Source: Andalucia godoyi And28
Taxonomy: Eukaryota > Protista > Jakobida
Direction: 5' to 3'
Length of the DNA: 64,000 nt
NCBI GenBank assembly: GCA_009859145.1
Contig: VRVR01000050.1
Location: 124,001 to 188,000, forward strand
Below, piece by piece: positions 33,625 through 44,157 of the stretch. How positions within the stretch are numbered: the stretch's first letter is position 1; the number at the start of each line of letters is the position of its first letter. The notes under the pieces are model-generated. The model was not told where the DNA came from, ran no database searches, and saw only the letters and a list, made by a program, of their open reading frames with translations. The translations under genes were made by a program, and so were the position numbers.

Positions 33625-34521
33625 ATGTGCGACGTGAAGTTGTTGTTGGTGTGCTTTTTCGTTCTGGCAGCTGGCATGCTATCTTCTTGTGACCCTTCTG
33701 TTCTGCTGTATCACGCTTCGTCGTCGGGAGTCATTTCGTTCACGTCCTCGGGATTGGCCCAAAAGGTGGTGGTTCCTCCGTATCAGTCATCTCTATACAC
33801 TTTTTCGTCGGATCTGCGGATTGATTCTGTGAACGGCCGTTTATGGTGGCTTCGAACGGAATTCCCTTTTGGAATTATGGGCTCCACTTTGGACGGGAAG
33901 CCGCTCAAGGACAACTCAACGTCGTTTGTTTTTCTGGAGCGCCCTGCCCGCGACTTGGCCTTGGCATTTGATTCCTCCTCGCTGAGCCTTTATTTACAAG
34001 ATTCAGACTTTGTTCTGCACAAAATCGACGTTCAGAAAGGGGAACTTCAGAGAGTGACCAAGATGGAACACCAACTGTATAGGGGGACGTTTTATGCTGA
34101 TTCGTACATGTACTTTGGCAGCGTCGATGGATGCATTTACCGGTTTATGCCATGGTATGATTGGATCGAGAGCGCCTATTTGTGTGCGCCCCAGATTCCG
34201 CTTCCTCAGGTGTCCATTCCGATTGCGCTCTCACCACTTCGATTGTACGTCGCAGACATGGAGACCAGCCGTGTTGTTGCAGTCGACATGATCACGCACG
34301 AGGTTGCTCACATCTTTGCGCTGGATGGACCGTCTCTGACCGTTGAATATTTGTCCTTCGATGGAAATCTCCAACGCTTGTACTTTGCAGGTGCGCAGCA
34401 GCTAACTCCCCAGAAATACACTCTGGGATTCATTGACCTGGTGTCAGGGAAGCAAACGTTGCTGCGAAACGGAGTCAACGAGATACTATTCGGCCTCGAC
34501 GTTCTTGATCCGCCAAGCTGA
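33625..34521 (+). CDS. Secreted beta-propeller-like protein
   Basis: Signal-peptide-like start MCDVKLLLVCFFVLAAG at 33625; repeats such as LRIDSVNGRLWW, LAFDSSSLSLY, LSFDGNLQRLYF resemble YWTD/SGL-type blades. Confidence 0.7.
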   Translation: MCDVKLLLVCFFVLAAGMLSSCDPSVLLYHASSSGVISFTSSGLAQKVVVPPYQSSLYTFSSDLRIDSVNGRLWWLRTEFPFGIMGSTLDGKPLKDNSTSFVFLERPARDLALAFDSSSLSLYLQDSDFVLHKIDVQKGELQRVTKMEHQLYRGTFYADSYMYFGSVDGCIYRFMPWYDWIESAYLCAPQIPLPQVSIPIALSPLRLYVADMETSRVVAVDMITHEVAHIFALDGPSLTVEYLSFDGNLQRLYFAGAQQLTPQKYTLGFIDLVSGKQTLLRNGVNEILFGLDVLDPPS

Positions 34522-34552
34522 TCTGGTTCCCCCACCACCTAACTTCATTGTC

Positions 34553-37500
34553 CTACCACATCATTGACTCGTCTAGAGCGGAGAGTGCATTTCTGTGGAT
34601 CGTCCTATCGAGCCAAACGGGACACTCAAGTGCAATGCACGTTTCCTCGATTCCAGCACTGCAACACGCGAGGCACTTGCTGCGTATTTCCTCCTCAGCG
34701 ACGCGGTGACGAACAATGTGGTTCGCCACCTTTTGTATTTCTGAGCTCCGCTCGGATTCCTTCAATTCTTCCTCATCCAATAGAGTTTCCCTTGGGTTGG
34801 TACGAAGAAAGTAAGAATCTAACGTTGCGGATCCTTCGCCGGTAATGCTCGGATCAACATTTCTCTTGCACATTTCTTTGAGCATTTTGGGCCTCATTTC
34901 TTTCTCGTACCAATCAACGACATCAAAGCCTGATATTTTGAACAGACGGCCAACAGCAGGAATAACTTGTTTTCCAGCGTAGTACAGTACATGTAAAGGA
35001 GGTCTGCGGTGAACGGGGATTCTAAAATATTCAAAAGGATGCAGGATGCAGTCGATCAGTCGTGGTTCAACAGAAGTCGCCGTGACGGCGGCGTTTTCAT
35101 GTTGAAACATAGAAGCTACATGGGCTGGACAAACAACCAAGTAATGCACTCTTTCGCCGTTTTTCGGCATGAACATCGGATCTCTCATTTGCATTCGCCG
35201 TGCAACAAGAGCCGCAGGGGGAAGCGCACGACCAGGAGCATACGCACCGACTCGAACTTCTTTTGCGAATATGTACTTGCTGAGGCTTATTCTGTCGGAG
35301 GGTGCGTAGAACCAACTTCCAGGATAGCGAGACTCGCTTGCCATGCTCAAAAACAAGGATTCAAGGACCGTTTTCAGCTCGTGGATATTCCGTTTCACAA
35401 ACAGCAACCTAAGCATTTCATCCATGGTTTCCTGCACGAGAGGACAAGAATCGCGGCGAACAGACTCTATTCCTTTTGCCACAAATATGGGCTTCTCCTG
35501 TTTTTCGGATTCCCACGAGTATCCAACATACCGCTTTTTCGTGACCAGAATGCAAGGATGAAACACCTTTTCAAAAGCCAGTTTCACTGGATAGGGATTC
35601 TTGACCGTCACGTGTCGCGAGATTGCCCTACCAATTTCAAACGCGGCCTCGCGGGACCGTCCGGGACACAAGACAAACAGCGAATCTGTATCACCGTACA
35701 CAACACGGACTGGCGGAAGACCTTGCGAGGCGCCTGGCGCATAGGCTTCACCGCTTTCGATGTCTCGAATCGCATCTTCAAGTGTCTCTCTTGCGAACTG
35801 CACAATCGAGTCTGCAACTTCAGCACATGGCATTCGTCCCGAAAATGAAGCAGCCGTGTATCCGTAAGTGACGTTCGCGATCAGTTTCAACGCAAACTGC
35901 TGAGCATTCAGGCTCCTCTTCTCATCTGGATGATCTCTTATTGCCTGTTTGAGCATGATTCGCGTGTTTAGGATATCTTCAAGCATTTCTGGAAGAATTC
36001 CTTTTAGATGCTGCCTGGTTGCATACATCACACCATTTGGAGCGATGGAAATTTTTCCGTCGTCCATAAGTTTGCGAATGACGCCAGACTCTGGTTCGTC
36101 ATACCGATCCATGACCCCCAGTTTTTTTGTCCGAGACCGCGAAAGACGTCCTAGGCAAGTTGAAAAACAAATGTTGTAAGCGATCATCATGGACGGGTAC
36201 AGCGACTGGAAATCAAAAACAATGACAGGATCTGGATAGAACGACGACTTTGGCTCCATAACAAGAGGAAGGCATTCCGTTGCAACCTGATTTGCAACCT
36301 GTTCTTTCGACGCAGAAAGGAACACAAATCCCTTTGGTTTTGCAAGACGCAGCATAATTGACTCCACTCGAAACTGCGACCCACGGGAGAGAACCGAGTA
36401 AAAATCGATTCCAATCACGCGAGCCAGTTCTTGAGTTCTCGTCACCACATCCAGTTTCACCAGAACAGTATGGATTGTCGCGCATTTGCGCAAAAGAAAC
36501 GAAATAACAGTCCATGGGGAGCTGGAGAATTGCTGCGCAAGATCGTATGCAGTGAACGATGGCAATGAAGTGGAGAGCACCACTAACACAATCCTTTGCA
36601 AAGAATACGAAGAGAGCTTAAGTTCGGAACGAAAAACTCTCCACAGATTCAAACATACCCTTCCTGGAACTCGGATGTCGCTCGCGTACTCTTCGCTTCC
36701 TTCTGCGTCCTTTTCCGCGGCATCATCTTGCAGTGGCATTTCATCAACAAGCACACGTCCCAAACGAAGCTGCAAGGGCAGCCGCGAAAATCCAAGATGA
36801 TCATAGCGGCGTACAAGGTACCCCAGCGTGTCCTGCTGTATCTCAAAACCCATGAGAATATCGGGATCCACCTCCTCTGTCACAATGCGAACGAACCAGA
36901 GGAATAGGTCCTGTTCGGACTGCATACTGAAAACGTGCAGCGGCTCAACAAGAATCCCTTCCGCATTCGCAATTGCAGGAAAATTAAACTGCCTATTTTC
37001 CACGATCCCAACATACGCTGAGTGATCCTGAGTATCCTCTTTGACAACCAATAAACAGATCGCATCGACAGGATCCAAACGCGGGTTCGGAAGATATCCT
37101 TTGCGACCTCGCACATGAAGTTCTACTGTCATTGTCCTGAAGCCCATCGAAAACACTTCTGCTTTAGCAGATTTGGCAGCAGCATCCGTTTTACTGGAGG
37201 CCCTGGGTGGGGGCGGGGGGTTACTTTTGTGCAGAATCTTGAAGAGTTTGGATGATTCAAAGTTCGCATACGATGACCCTTGCCTTTCTGATAGCCGGCT
37301 AGTCTCGGCGTATTTTGGAGAGTTAATTTCCTCCAGATCGTCCTTCATCGATTCGTCTCCGGTGGAAACGGTCAATGTCTTGGGCTTACCGCATTCACGA
37401 GTATCCTTGAAATTAATGATGCGACCATAGGTGTCAATCTGTTCGTCATTCGCCTCGGACGATTGAGTTGCATTCGGATCATTGAGGATTCCTGTCATCC

Positions 37501-39970
37501 ATAATTCGCGAAGCGTCGGCGCATCCACTGAGTATTCGTACCACACACGAGGGGATTCAAGGGCACTAGGTCCTCTCAACTTCTTGCAACCCAAAGAGGA
37601 CGAAGGGGAATAACTTGGGGGGCAAAATTCTGGCAAAGAAGAGACAGAAGCAACGTTAGACAATTCAAATGGCTCTGGGTGACATCGAACATGATCATGA
37701 AGAGCAGACAACGCTGGCGGAGGAAATTTCGATTCATAAATAAACGAGCGACGCTGTGGAGGAGTTATTTGAGCAGGGCTATCAGAATTCTCCAACAGAT
37801 GACGGATGGAATCGGAAGAGGACATGGATGACACATTCGCGCATTGTGCAGCAAAGTCTTGCGCGGAAGACATTGGGGCAATCTCAAACGAGCTTTCCTC
37901 TTCCGGCGAGGTGTGCTCGAAATGCATGTTGTTGGAAGTGACTGACTGAGGGCCACGAGAGAGATCCTGCATACGTACTTTAGTTTCTGTGCTGGGCAGC
38001 ACAAGAGACACCAATGGAGCCTCATGATTTGAAGCAACACTTGATCCGTCGCCAACCAAAAGAGAACCTTTAAGAACCGTGGGCTTCTCCGTGATGCGCG
38101 AAGCACCGTCAACGTGCGGAGGCGACAAAGCGGAAGGCCCTCCTGCAGGCAACAAGGACGACTGATGCAGAAATGAAGCCAACTCGGACAGCTGAACATC
38201 ATGCAGCGATCGGATTTTCTTTGCCTTCGACTCCCACCACCGGTAAACAACAAACGTTTCCGAGTCTGCAGAAGATCGCTTCACAAACTCGATGCACTCT
38301 TGGTGAGTCGGAAGCACGACAAGGGCACCAACGAGCCCCACAACGCATCGAACGGAGTTCCAGTCTTCCAAATCAGACCATATTCGTTCTCGATCTGGAA
38401 ACTCGGAAGCCAGGTGCAACTCGGAAGGCTTGAAAAACCATCGAAGCAATATTTTCCTGTCGTCCTCGCGCACTTCAGCAACGCGAGCCATCCACAAATT
38501 TCGGGTGTCCAGACTTCCAGATTTTGCGGATTTTGGCCTCACCCACACGACAGAACCTACAACGTATGGTGATTTCATGAGACGGCTCTGTTCGTGAATT
38601 CCTCTTCGGTATTTGGCCTCCATTTCCACATCTAGCGGATGAAAATTCACGCGTTTTCGCGTCTTATCCGCATGGCCATCAACCTGCGGAATTGAGCTGT
38701 CTGTGCTACCAGCATCAAAATCTGAAACAAAATCGCTCAGGGCAGATCCATCCTCGGAGTCGAGATCCGTCTCTGTCACAGCTCTTTCGTCACTACGCGA
38801 TGCACGCAGAACTCCCTGGGAATACTCTTTCATCGTTGACACAATATGTTCACCGTCAGTCTCTGAATCATTCTCTGCTTGCTCGTCACTATCTTGTTGT
38901 GTGAGCTCCATGAACTCGGCATCAGCGTCAGCGTCTGCGTCTTCCGGCTCCTGATCAGCCCATTCTTGCAAAACCAATGCCAGCGTCTGCGTGGGAGCGA
39001 GCATCTGAGAAGCTTCAATAATTTCGTCCAGGGATCGAGGGTGGTCAGATGCAGCGTCGCCATTTCCTTTGCTCGCATCTTGCACAGTTGCATCGCCGCG
39101 ATCGGTACTGTAATACAACTGTCGCATACGTTCTCGAAGCGCATCATCCAATGGAAACCGCAACCGCGATTCGGGGGTCGCATTGGCATTCGTCGAAGCC
39201 TGCGACCCGCGAATGTTTAACGTCTTCCCCAAGGGGGGCATTTCACAATCTTCTCTTCGTTTGCGTTCCTCTCTCCAGAGGACACGCAACGTGGGCACAG
39301 CATCTGGATACCCAAAGTCAGTCTTCTTAATGAATTTCTCCACAATGACATCGGAAGCTCGGACGTCCACTTCGACGATATCCTTGTGCGACAGTCGTTT
39401 GATCGATGCCGATTGCTGAAGGCTGGTAGCAATGTTGAGCGACTCTGTCTGACGAAAAAGCAACTTACTCATCAGGATCCTCAGGTAGCCACAACCAACA
39501 AGCTGATGCTGAATCATAAACTGCAAGGTAAACGGAATGTGTGTTTCATACGTGTCCCTTTTCAACTGCTTTCGCACAACATCCGCAGAAGAATAAATGT
39601 CTCGTTGTGAGTACACTGAAATGCGAACAAAGTTGATTTGCGAATTATGGAACCCGTACGCCGCAAAGCATGCCAGAACCTCCGCCGAATGAACTCGCAC
39701 ACCTGCGGACGCCAATGCCTTCAAAACGTACTCGGTATCCGAGAAGGAGACAAATCTGACGTAAAAGTAAGGAAGCAGGCCGTGGACATGCACACATGCT
39801 CGTCGACCGGAAGAATGCGTCCCATACACTCGTATCACCGGTACCCTATTATACGATGAGATCCGCGGTCTGATGTCCAAATCCGAACGAGGAAATGCGG
39901 AATACGCATCAATCGTCAGAATCCGAATCGAGAACAGCCCTTCGCCCGTAATGCACTCGCTGTTGTCCAT
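34553..39970 (-). CDS. REV3: DNA polymerase zeta catalytic subunit
   Basis: N-terminal VPVIRVYG / HVHGLLPYFY / ETHIPFTLQF; B-family motifs DFQSLYPSMMIAYN, KLIANVTYGYTAASFSGRMPC (REV3-specific) and YGDTDS; C-terminal Cys cluster. Likely ATG at 39970. Confidence 0.95.
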   Translation of the reverse strand: MDNSECITGEGLFSIRILTIDAYSAFPRSDLDIRPRISSYNRVPVIRVYGTHSSGRRACVHVHGLLPYFYVRFVSFSDTEYVLKALASAGVRVHSAEVLACFAAYGFHNSQINFVRISVYSQRDIYSSADVVRKQLKRDTYETHIPFTLQFMIQHQLVGCGYLRILMSKLLFRQTESLNIATSLQQSASIKRLSHKDIVEVDVRASDVIVEKFIKKTDFGYPDAVPTLRVLWREERKRREDCEMPPLGKTLNIRGSQASTNANATPESRLRFPLDDALRERMRQLYYSTDRGDATVQDASKGNGDAASDHPRSLDEIIEASQMLAPTQTLALVLQEWADQEPEDADADADAEFMELTQQDSDEQAENDSETDGEHIVSTMKEYSQGVLRASRSDERAVTETDLDSEDGSALSDFVSDFDAGSTDSSIPQVDGHADKTRKRVNFHPLDVEMEAKYRRGIHEQSRLMKSPYVVGSVVWVRPKSAKSGSLDTRNLWMARVAEVREDDRKILLRWFFKPSELHLASEFPDRERIWSDLEDWNSVRCVVGLVGALVVLPTHQECIEFVKRSSADSETFVVYRWWESKAKKIRSLHDVQLSELASFLHQSSLLPAGGPSALSPPHVDGASRITEKPTVLKGSLLVGDGSSVASNHEAPLVSLVLPSTETKVRMQDLSRGPQSVTSNNMHFEHTSPEEESSFEIAPMSSAQDFAAQCANVSSMSSSDSIRHLLENSDSPAQITPPQRRSFIYESKFPPPALSALHDHVRCHPEPFELSNVASVSSLPEFCPPSYSPSSSLGCKKLRGPSALESPRVWYEYSVDAPTLRELWMTGILNDPNATQSSEANDEQIDTYGRIINFKDTRECGKPKTLTVSTGDESMKDDLEEINSPKYAETSRLSERQGSSYANFESSKLFKILHKSNPPPPPRASSKTDAAAKSAKAEVFSMGFRTMTVELHVRGRKGYLPNPRLDPVDAICLLVVKEDTQDHSAYVGIVENRQFNFPAIANAEGILVEPLHVFSMQSEQDLFLWFVRIVTEEVDPDILMGFEIQQDTLGYLVRRYDHLGFSRLPLQLRLGRVLVDEMPLQDDAAEKDAEGSEEYASDIRVPGRVCLNLWRVFRSELKLSSYSLQRIVLVVLSTSLPSFTAYDLAQQFSSSPWTVISFLLRKCATIHTVLVKLDVVTRTQELARVIGIDFYSVLSRGSQFRVESIMLRLAKPKGFVFLSASKEQVANQVATECLPLVMEPKSSFYPDPVIVFDFQSLYPSMMIAYNICFSTCLGRLSRSRTKKLGVMDRYDEPESGVIRKLMDDGKISIAPNGVMYATRQHLKGILPEMLEDILNTRIMLKQAIRDHPDEKRSLNAQQFALKLIANVTYGYTAASFSGRMPCAEVADSIVQFARETLEDAIRDIESGEAYAPGASQGLPPVRVVYGDTDSLFVLCPGRSREAAFEIGRAISRHVTVKNPYPVKLAFEKVFHPCILVTKKRYVGYSWESEKQEKPIFVAKGIESVRRDSCPLVQETMDEMLRLLFVKRNIHELKTVLESLFLSMASESRYPGSWFYAPSDRISLSKYIFAKEVRVGAYAPGRALPPAALVARRMQMRDPMFMPKNGERVHYLVVCPAHVASMFQHENAAVTATSVEPRLIDCILHPFEYFRIPVHRRPPLHVLYYAGKQVIPAVGRLFKISGFDVVDWYEKEMRPKMLKEMCKRNVDPSITGEGSATLDSYFLRTNPRETLLDEEELKESERSSEIQKVANHIVRHRVAEEEIRSKCLACCSAGIEETCIALECPVWLDRTIHRNALSALDESMMW

Positions 39971-40143
39971 CGAAGACGAAGACGAAGCCACATGAAGAAA
40001 ACACCCCGCTTGGAATGGAAATAATAATAATAACAGCAACAACAACAACAAGCTATAGTGATAAAAGACAAGAAGAAACCAACAATAAAAACAAGCGAGA
40101 AATTATGGAAGAAAACGAAAGAAAAAGCCAGAGACACGACACC

Positions 40144-40649
40144 GCAGACCGATGAAATAATAACAAGTCATTGTCAAGCATTCGGAAGAATACATAAACA
40201 GACACGGTCAATGCTGGCCTACACTAGCACGTTTGTTTCACAGGGGAACTCGTGCTTACGCACGCTCGGCCAAAATTCAGCCGGTGACACAGGCTCTGTA
40301 TTTTCGACACTCTTTAACGCAGCATCCGTAGCCATCTGTTCTATCATTCGTTGGTTCCGCTTTATTAATTCAAATATGGGCGTGAGCGCGCTGGGACGAC
40401 GCATTCGCCTACGCCTACGCCGCTCGATACAGGGCCGTCAGAATCAAAATGCACCCTTCTCAGGAACACCGTGTCACGCCGAGAAAGTGGCTCACAGATT
40501 GATCGAGATTGGGAACGGAGCGCAGAACATCTATCTGAAGAACGCCGTGTGGCGTGTTGGGCGCCTATCCCCTTCCCGGCAACGGGATGCAAGATTGAAC
40601 ATGCATGTCTATTCGTATATATATGCATGTTCAGTGTACGATGCAGGCG
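40144..40649 (+). mobile_element. Non-autonomous Fanzor2/IS607-TnpB-derived element, copy B
   Basis: Near-identical to copy A (about a dozen differences by eye). RuvC-III DRDW-NGAQNIYLKN; ends in TGCAGGCG. Confidence 0.85.
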
Positions 40650-40905
40650 ATGCGGAGTTGGAGGGACCAAAGATCCGACTACAGCAGCGATTACGACTGG
40701 CAGCGGGTTTCTTTTTTTATAAAAGTTTAAAATTTATCGTCAACAACAACAGGGTATGTGAATGGAGTGCACAATGTCTATTTGAAGAACATGGGCCATC
40801 TCGCAAGAGGTGGCGTTGGGAGCCTACCACCTTTCAGCCTTAACGAGCTGTTGCAACATCGGCGATATGCATCGGTATGCATTGGGATGTACTGTCAGTA
40901 TAAGG
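40650..40905 (+). mobile_element. Older Fanzor2/TnpB 3'-end relic, copy E (second subfamily)
   Basis: CGVGGTK (Zn-finger relic), then NR(D)VNGVHNVYLKN (RuvC-III), a perfect GCCATCTC-GCAA-GAGGTGGC hairpin, GTTGGGAGCCTACC and a terminal ATGCAT hairpin. Confidence 0.65.
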
Positions 40906-40907
40906 TT

Positions 40908-41435
40908 TTACTTGAAAAACATGGAGTTGGATTGGTATTTTGCAACGTTGAAAACTTTCTGCCAGTTGGGTCTCCACGTGAGCGCAGCAACAATGTACAG
41001 GTACGTGGCAGAGCACTCCGTGAAGTCCGTTCCAAGGAGTCCGCGGTGGGTGATGCCCTGGAAAAATCCAAACGGAACAAAGGGCAGCCTGGCGACGACG
41101 TATCCGTCATACATGCTATTGATCACACTCATTGTTGCGATGAGGATCACAGGCGTCAGCAGCATGGTGCCCATGCGCAATGATGCCTGCTGCTGGTTCT
41201 CATGCTTGATCCGAGCCTCATAGTCCGCAATTCGCCGCTCGTACTTTGTCGTATGTGCCGCATCCTTGGCCATTTCAGCACGGACAGACTCGATCTTGGA
41301 TCTGCAGTCTTCAATTTCAGCCCACGACTGCTTGAATGCTGGTTTGGAGTACACAAACAGATACTCCAGATACACATTCAGAAACGACCCGAGTCCAGAC
41401 AAGAAAAACACCGTCACAATGTCCTCCAAAAACAT
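40908..41435 (-). CDS. TMCO1: TMCO1 (DUF106/EMC3 family ER membrane protein)
   Basis: TM1, coiled coil, then YDGYVVARLPFVPFGFFQGITHRGLLGTDFTECSATYLY, the TMCO1 signature. Confidence 0.9.
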   Translation of the reverse strand: MFLEDIVTVFFLSGLGSFLNVYLEYLFVYSKPAFKQSWAEIEDCRSKIESVRAEMAKDAAHTTKYERRIADYEARIKHENQQQASLRMGTMLLTPVILIATMSVINSMYDGYVVARLPFVPFGFFQGITHRGLLGTDFTECSATYLYIVAALTWRPNWQKVFNVAKYQSNSMFFK

Positions 41436-41995
41436 TCTCTTCTTTGTGTGAGTATTGCTGAAACAATATACGCGCACGTGATATATCAATTAACAAGACT
41501 CGGACCTTCCTCCAGCAAGATTTTTAATTTTAATTAAAAAAACCGCATAAAAAATTAACAAAGCAGGTTCTTGGAACAGTCGTCCTGATTCCGCGAAACA
41601 GAGAAACCATGACGGAGATCGCGAGCATATCACCCTCCCCCATGACGAATCAGTTCGCGGTTGTAGATCGATCGATTATGAAAAGACTTGAAGCTTCCTC
41701 AAGTTTCTTCAAATTTGAAAAGCAACAATTGAGAAAACTCGACTGACGTCAACCAGCTCTCGTGTTACCCTCAGCAGCGCCACCTGATCTGAGTCTCTCC
41801 ATTTCATGCTCCATTTCCCTTCCGCTGTCTTTTTCTTTTCCTTTTCCTTTCTTTTTCTTTTGTTTTGTCCTCTTGTTTTTTTAAATTTTTACTGTTGTTG
41901 TTGTTGTTGTTGTTCTTTTCATTCCAAAGCTTGCTTTGTTCTGGGGCAGAGTACGACTGATTTGTAGGAGGGCTCGGTGAAGAGGGGGAAAAAAA

Positions 41996-42400
41996 ATGGC
42001 AGATGCAGACTGGAACACCGTTGTTATCAATCGATCTCGTCCGAATGAGCGAACAAAGGCGACGGCGGCAGAGGCTGCGAGAGCAAAACAGCGAGGTGCA
42101 GATGTGGAGACCATGAAGAAGATGACGACGGGCAACAAGAACCACGTTGCGCCTTCTTCTGCGGCTCGGATTGAGGCACAAGACGAGGAAGGAGACTTTC
42201 ACCACAAGTCGCTGAGTTTGAGTGTCCGACAACGGATTCAGCAGGCGCGTCTTGCAAAGAAGTGGACACAAGCCGAGTTGGCCAAGGCCATCAACGAGAA
42301 GGCAACTGTCATCAATGATTATGAGGCTGGTAAGGCAATTCCCAATCCCCAGGTTCTCAATAAGCTCGAAAAGGTTCTTGGCCAGCGACTCCGGGACTGA
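41996..42400 (+). CDS. MBF1: Multiprotein bridging factor 1
   Basis: DWNTVV start; IQQARLAKKWTQAELAKAINEKATVINDYEAGKAIPNPQVLNKLEKVLG HTH. Confidence 0.96.
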   Translation: MADADWNTVVINRSRPNERTKATAAEAARAKQRGADVETMKKMTTGNKNHVAPSSAARIEAQDEEGDFHHKSLSLSVRQRIQQARLAKKWTQAELAKAINEKATVINDYEAGKAIPNPQVLNKLEKVLGQRLRD

Positions 42401-42826
42401 GACGGTGGGACGATCCACTCGGTTTGTTGTTGTTGTTGTTGTTGTTCTTCTTCTTCTTTTTCTTGTTGTTTGTGGAGTCTGTCTTCTGTGATGCCTCTTT
42501 TCCATCCATGTAAAGTTTATCTGTTATGGTGAATATGCGGGTTTTGGATGCGAATCGTTCCCCCCTCTTCTTCTTTCTTTCTTCTTCTTGGTGTTGTTGT
42601 TGCGCATATACATGGATGATGAAATGCGTCAATACGGATCATCTCGAAAAATTCAAAATCATCCTTGGCGGCACATTGGTCAAAAGAGAGACGCAAGCGA
42701 CCGAGAGGCAGAGAGACCGAGTCCTGGTAGTCAGAAAGACGTGCAACTCAAGATCAGATCTGCACCCTCTTCTCCAAAATTCAAACAAACTGCGTTTCCA
42801 ACCTCGGATTTGGAGAGCAGGAATCC

Positions 42827-43777
42827 CTATGAGCGTGTCTGCATTGTTGGATATGTATTGGGAAGGATCCACAGCAAGCGAGACGGGGTGCCGAACAAGA
42901 CATCAAGATTGCTCAGCCGTGCAGATGCATTCAGCCGCTGATGATTACGTGCCAACAAATTGTACTCTAGGAACGACACGCCGTTGGACGCGAGCCACAA
43001 GTGCCATCCGCCAAAGAAGAGCATCACAAAGGAGACACTACCGCATCCAACAAGCGCAATGACAAAGAAGTTGTTCTTTGGAGGATTTCCGCAGACGGCG
43101 ATCTTCGCAACGGCCAGCAGAAACGAGTACGTCGTTCCGCCCACAATCGACAGCAGGAGAGACAGAAACCACTTGCGGTTTTTCCATCCAATGCACTGTC
43201 CAATCCACGGACAGTGGTGATCATACCTAAGAATGCATTTGCCACAGAGGCTACAATGATGGGCATGTGGGGGACGAAACTGGTCGCATTTCTGACAAAA
43301 GGAAGGTAAGGCTTCATCGTTCTCAGAATCCGTGTCCGTGTCTGAGCCATGGTCCTCGTCATGGACATGGGCAGCATCAACCTCTTCCCGATGAAGCTGG
43401 GCGCGGAGTCGATCCAATCTCGCGCTGCTGGATGCCACGACCGCCTCCACATCAGGAGCATACAAAAACGGGACGTAACCGGGGTCCGTGAATGTGGTCA
43501 TAGAAAAATGGTACAGAATCGAACACGAAAAGACGGTAGCAATGGCATATATGCATAACTGGAAAGCATGAATAAGAATGGCTTCATATGTCGGTGTCAT
43601 GAACGAGAACATTCGGAGAAACGCGGCCAGCAACGGCGACACACACTCGAGAAACAACGGAAGAACCCCTGTAAAAGAAGTAAATATCAAACCGATGATG
43701 ATCGTCAACGAGGACGCTACGGTGAACCACTGCGACGCTCTCACTATTCTGTGCAGCACCCTGCACACTCCTTTCAT
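42827..43777 (-). CDS. DHHC palmitoyltransferase
   Basis: TDPG, then the Cys-rich domain CQKCDQFRPPHAHHCSLCGKCILRYDHHCPWIGQCIG, with 4 TM segments. Confidence 0.95.
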   Translation of the reverse strand: MKGVCRVLHRIVRASQWFTVASSLTIIIGLIFTSFTGVLPLFLECVSPLLAAFLRMFSFMTPTYEAILIHAFQLCIYAIATVFSCSILYHFSMTTFTDPGYVPFLYAPDVEAVVASSSARLDRLRAQLHREEVDAAHVHDEDHGSDTDTDSENDEALPSFCQKCDQFRPPHAHHCSLCGKCILRYDHHCPWIGQCIGWKNRKWFLSLLLSIVGGTTYSFLLAVAKIAVCGNPPKNNFFVIALVGCGSVSFVMLFFGGWHLWLASNGVSFLEYNLLARNHQRLNASARLSNLDVLFGTPSRLLWILPNTYPTMQTRS

Positions 43778-44157
43778 CGTTCACTCACTCACTCGCTTAA
43801 GACCATGAGATCCGTGAAGAATGAACTGGTATGCGCCTATGCGGGCCGCGGAATGCAGACAAGAAGAAAAGTACACACACGAAAAAACCCGAGCAAACTG
43901 AGAAGCAGAAACGTGTTTGAATTGGTGAGGAATTTGTGGATTTGGACAGCTTGAGGCATACTTGAGTCCTCGAATTCCCCCGCCAATGCTTTGCAGCCGT
44001 GGGCTTTTTAAGCGCTTCCGGCTGTGGTTACCATTTGCTGTTTGCTGCTTCGTTTGGGCCGAATCTTTTCTTGGTGTTGTTGTTGTCGTTGCTGTTGGCG
44101 TTGTTGTTGTCGTTGGGGTTCTGTGTTTCTGTGCCAACGTTCCAGATACATGCAACC

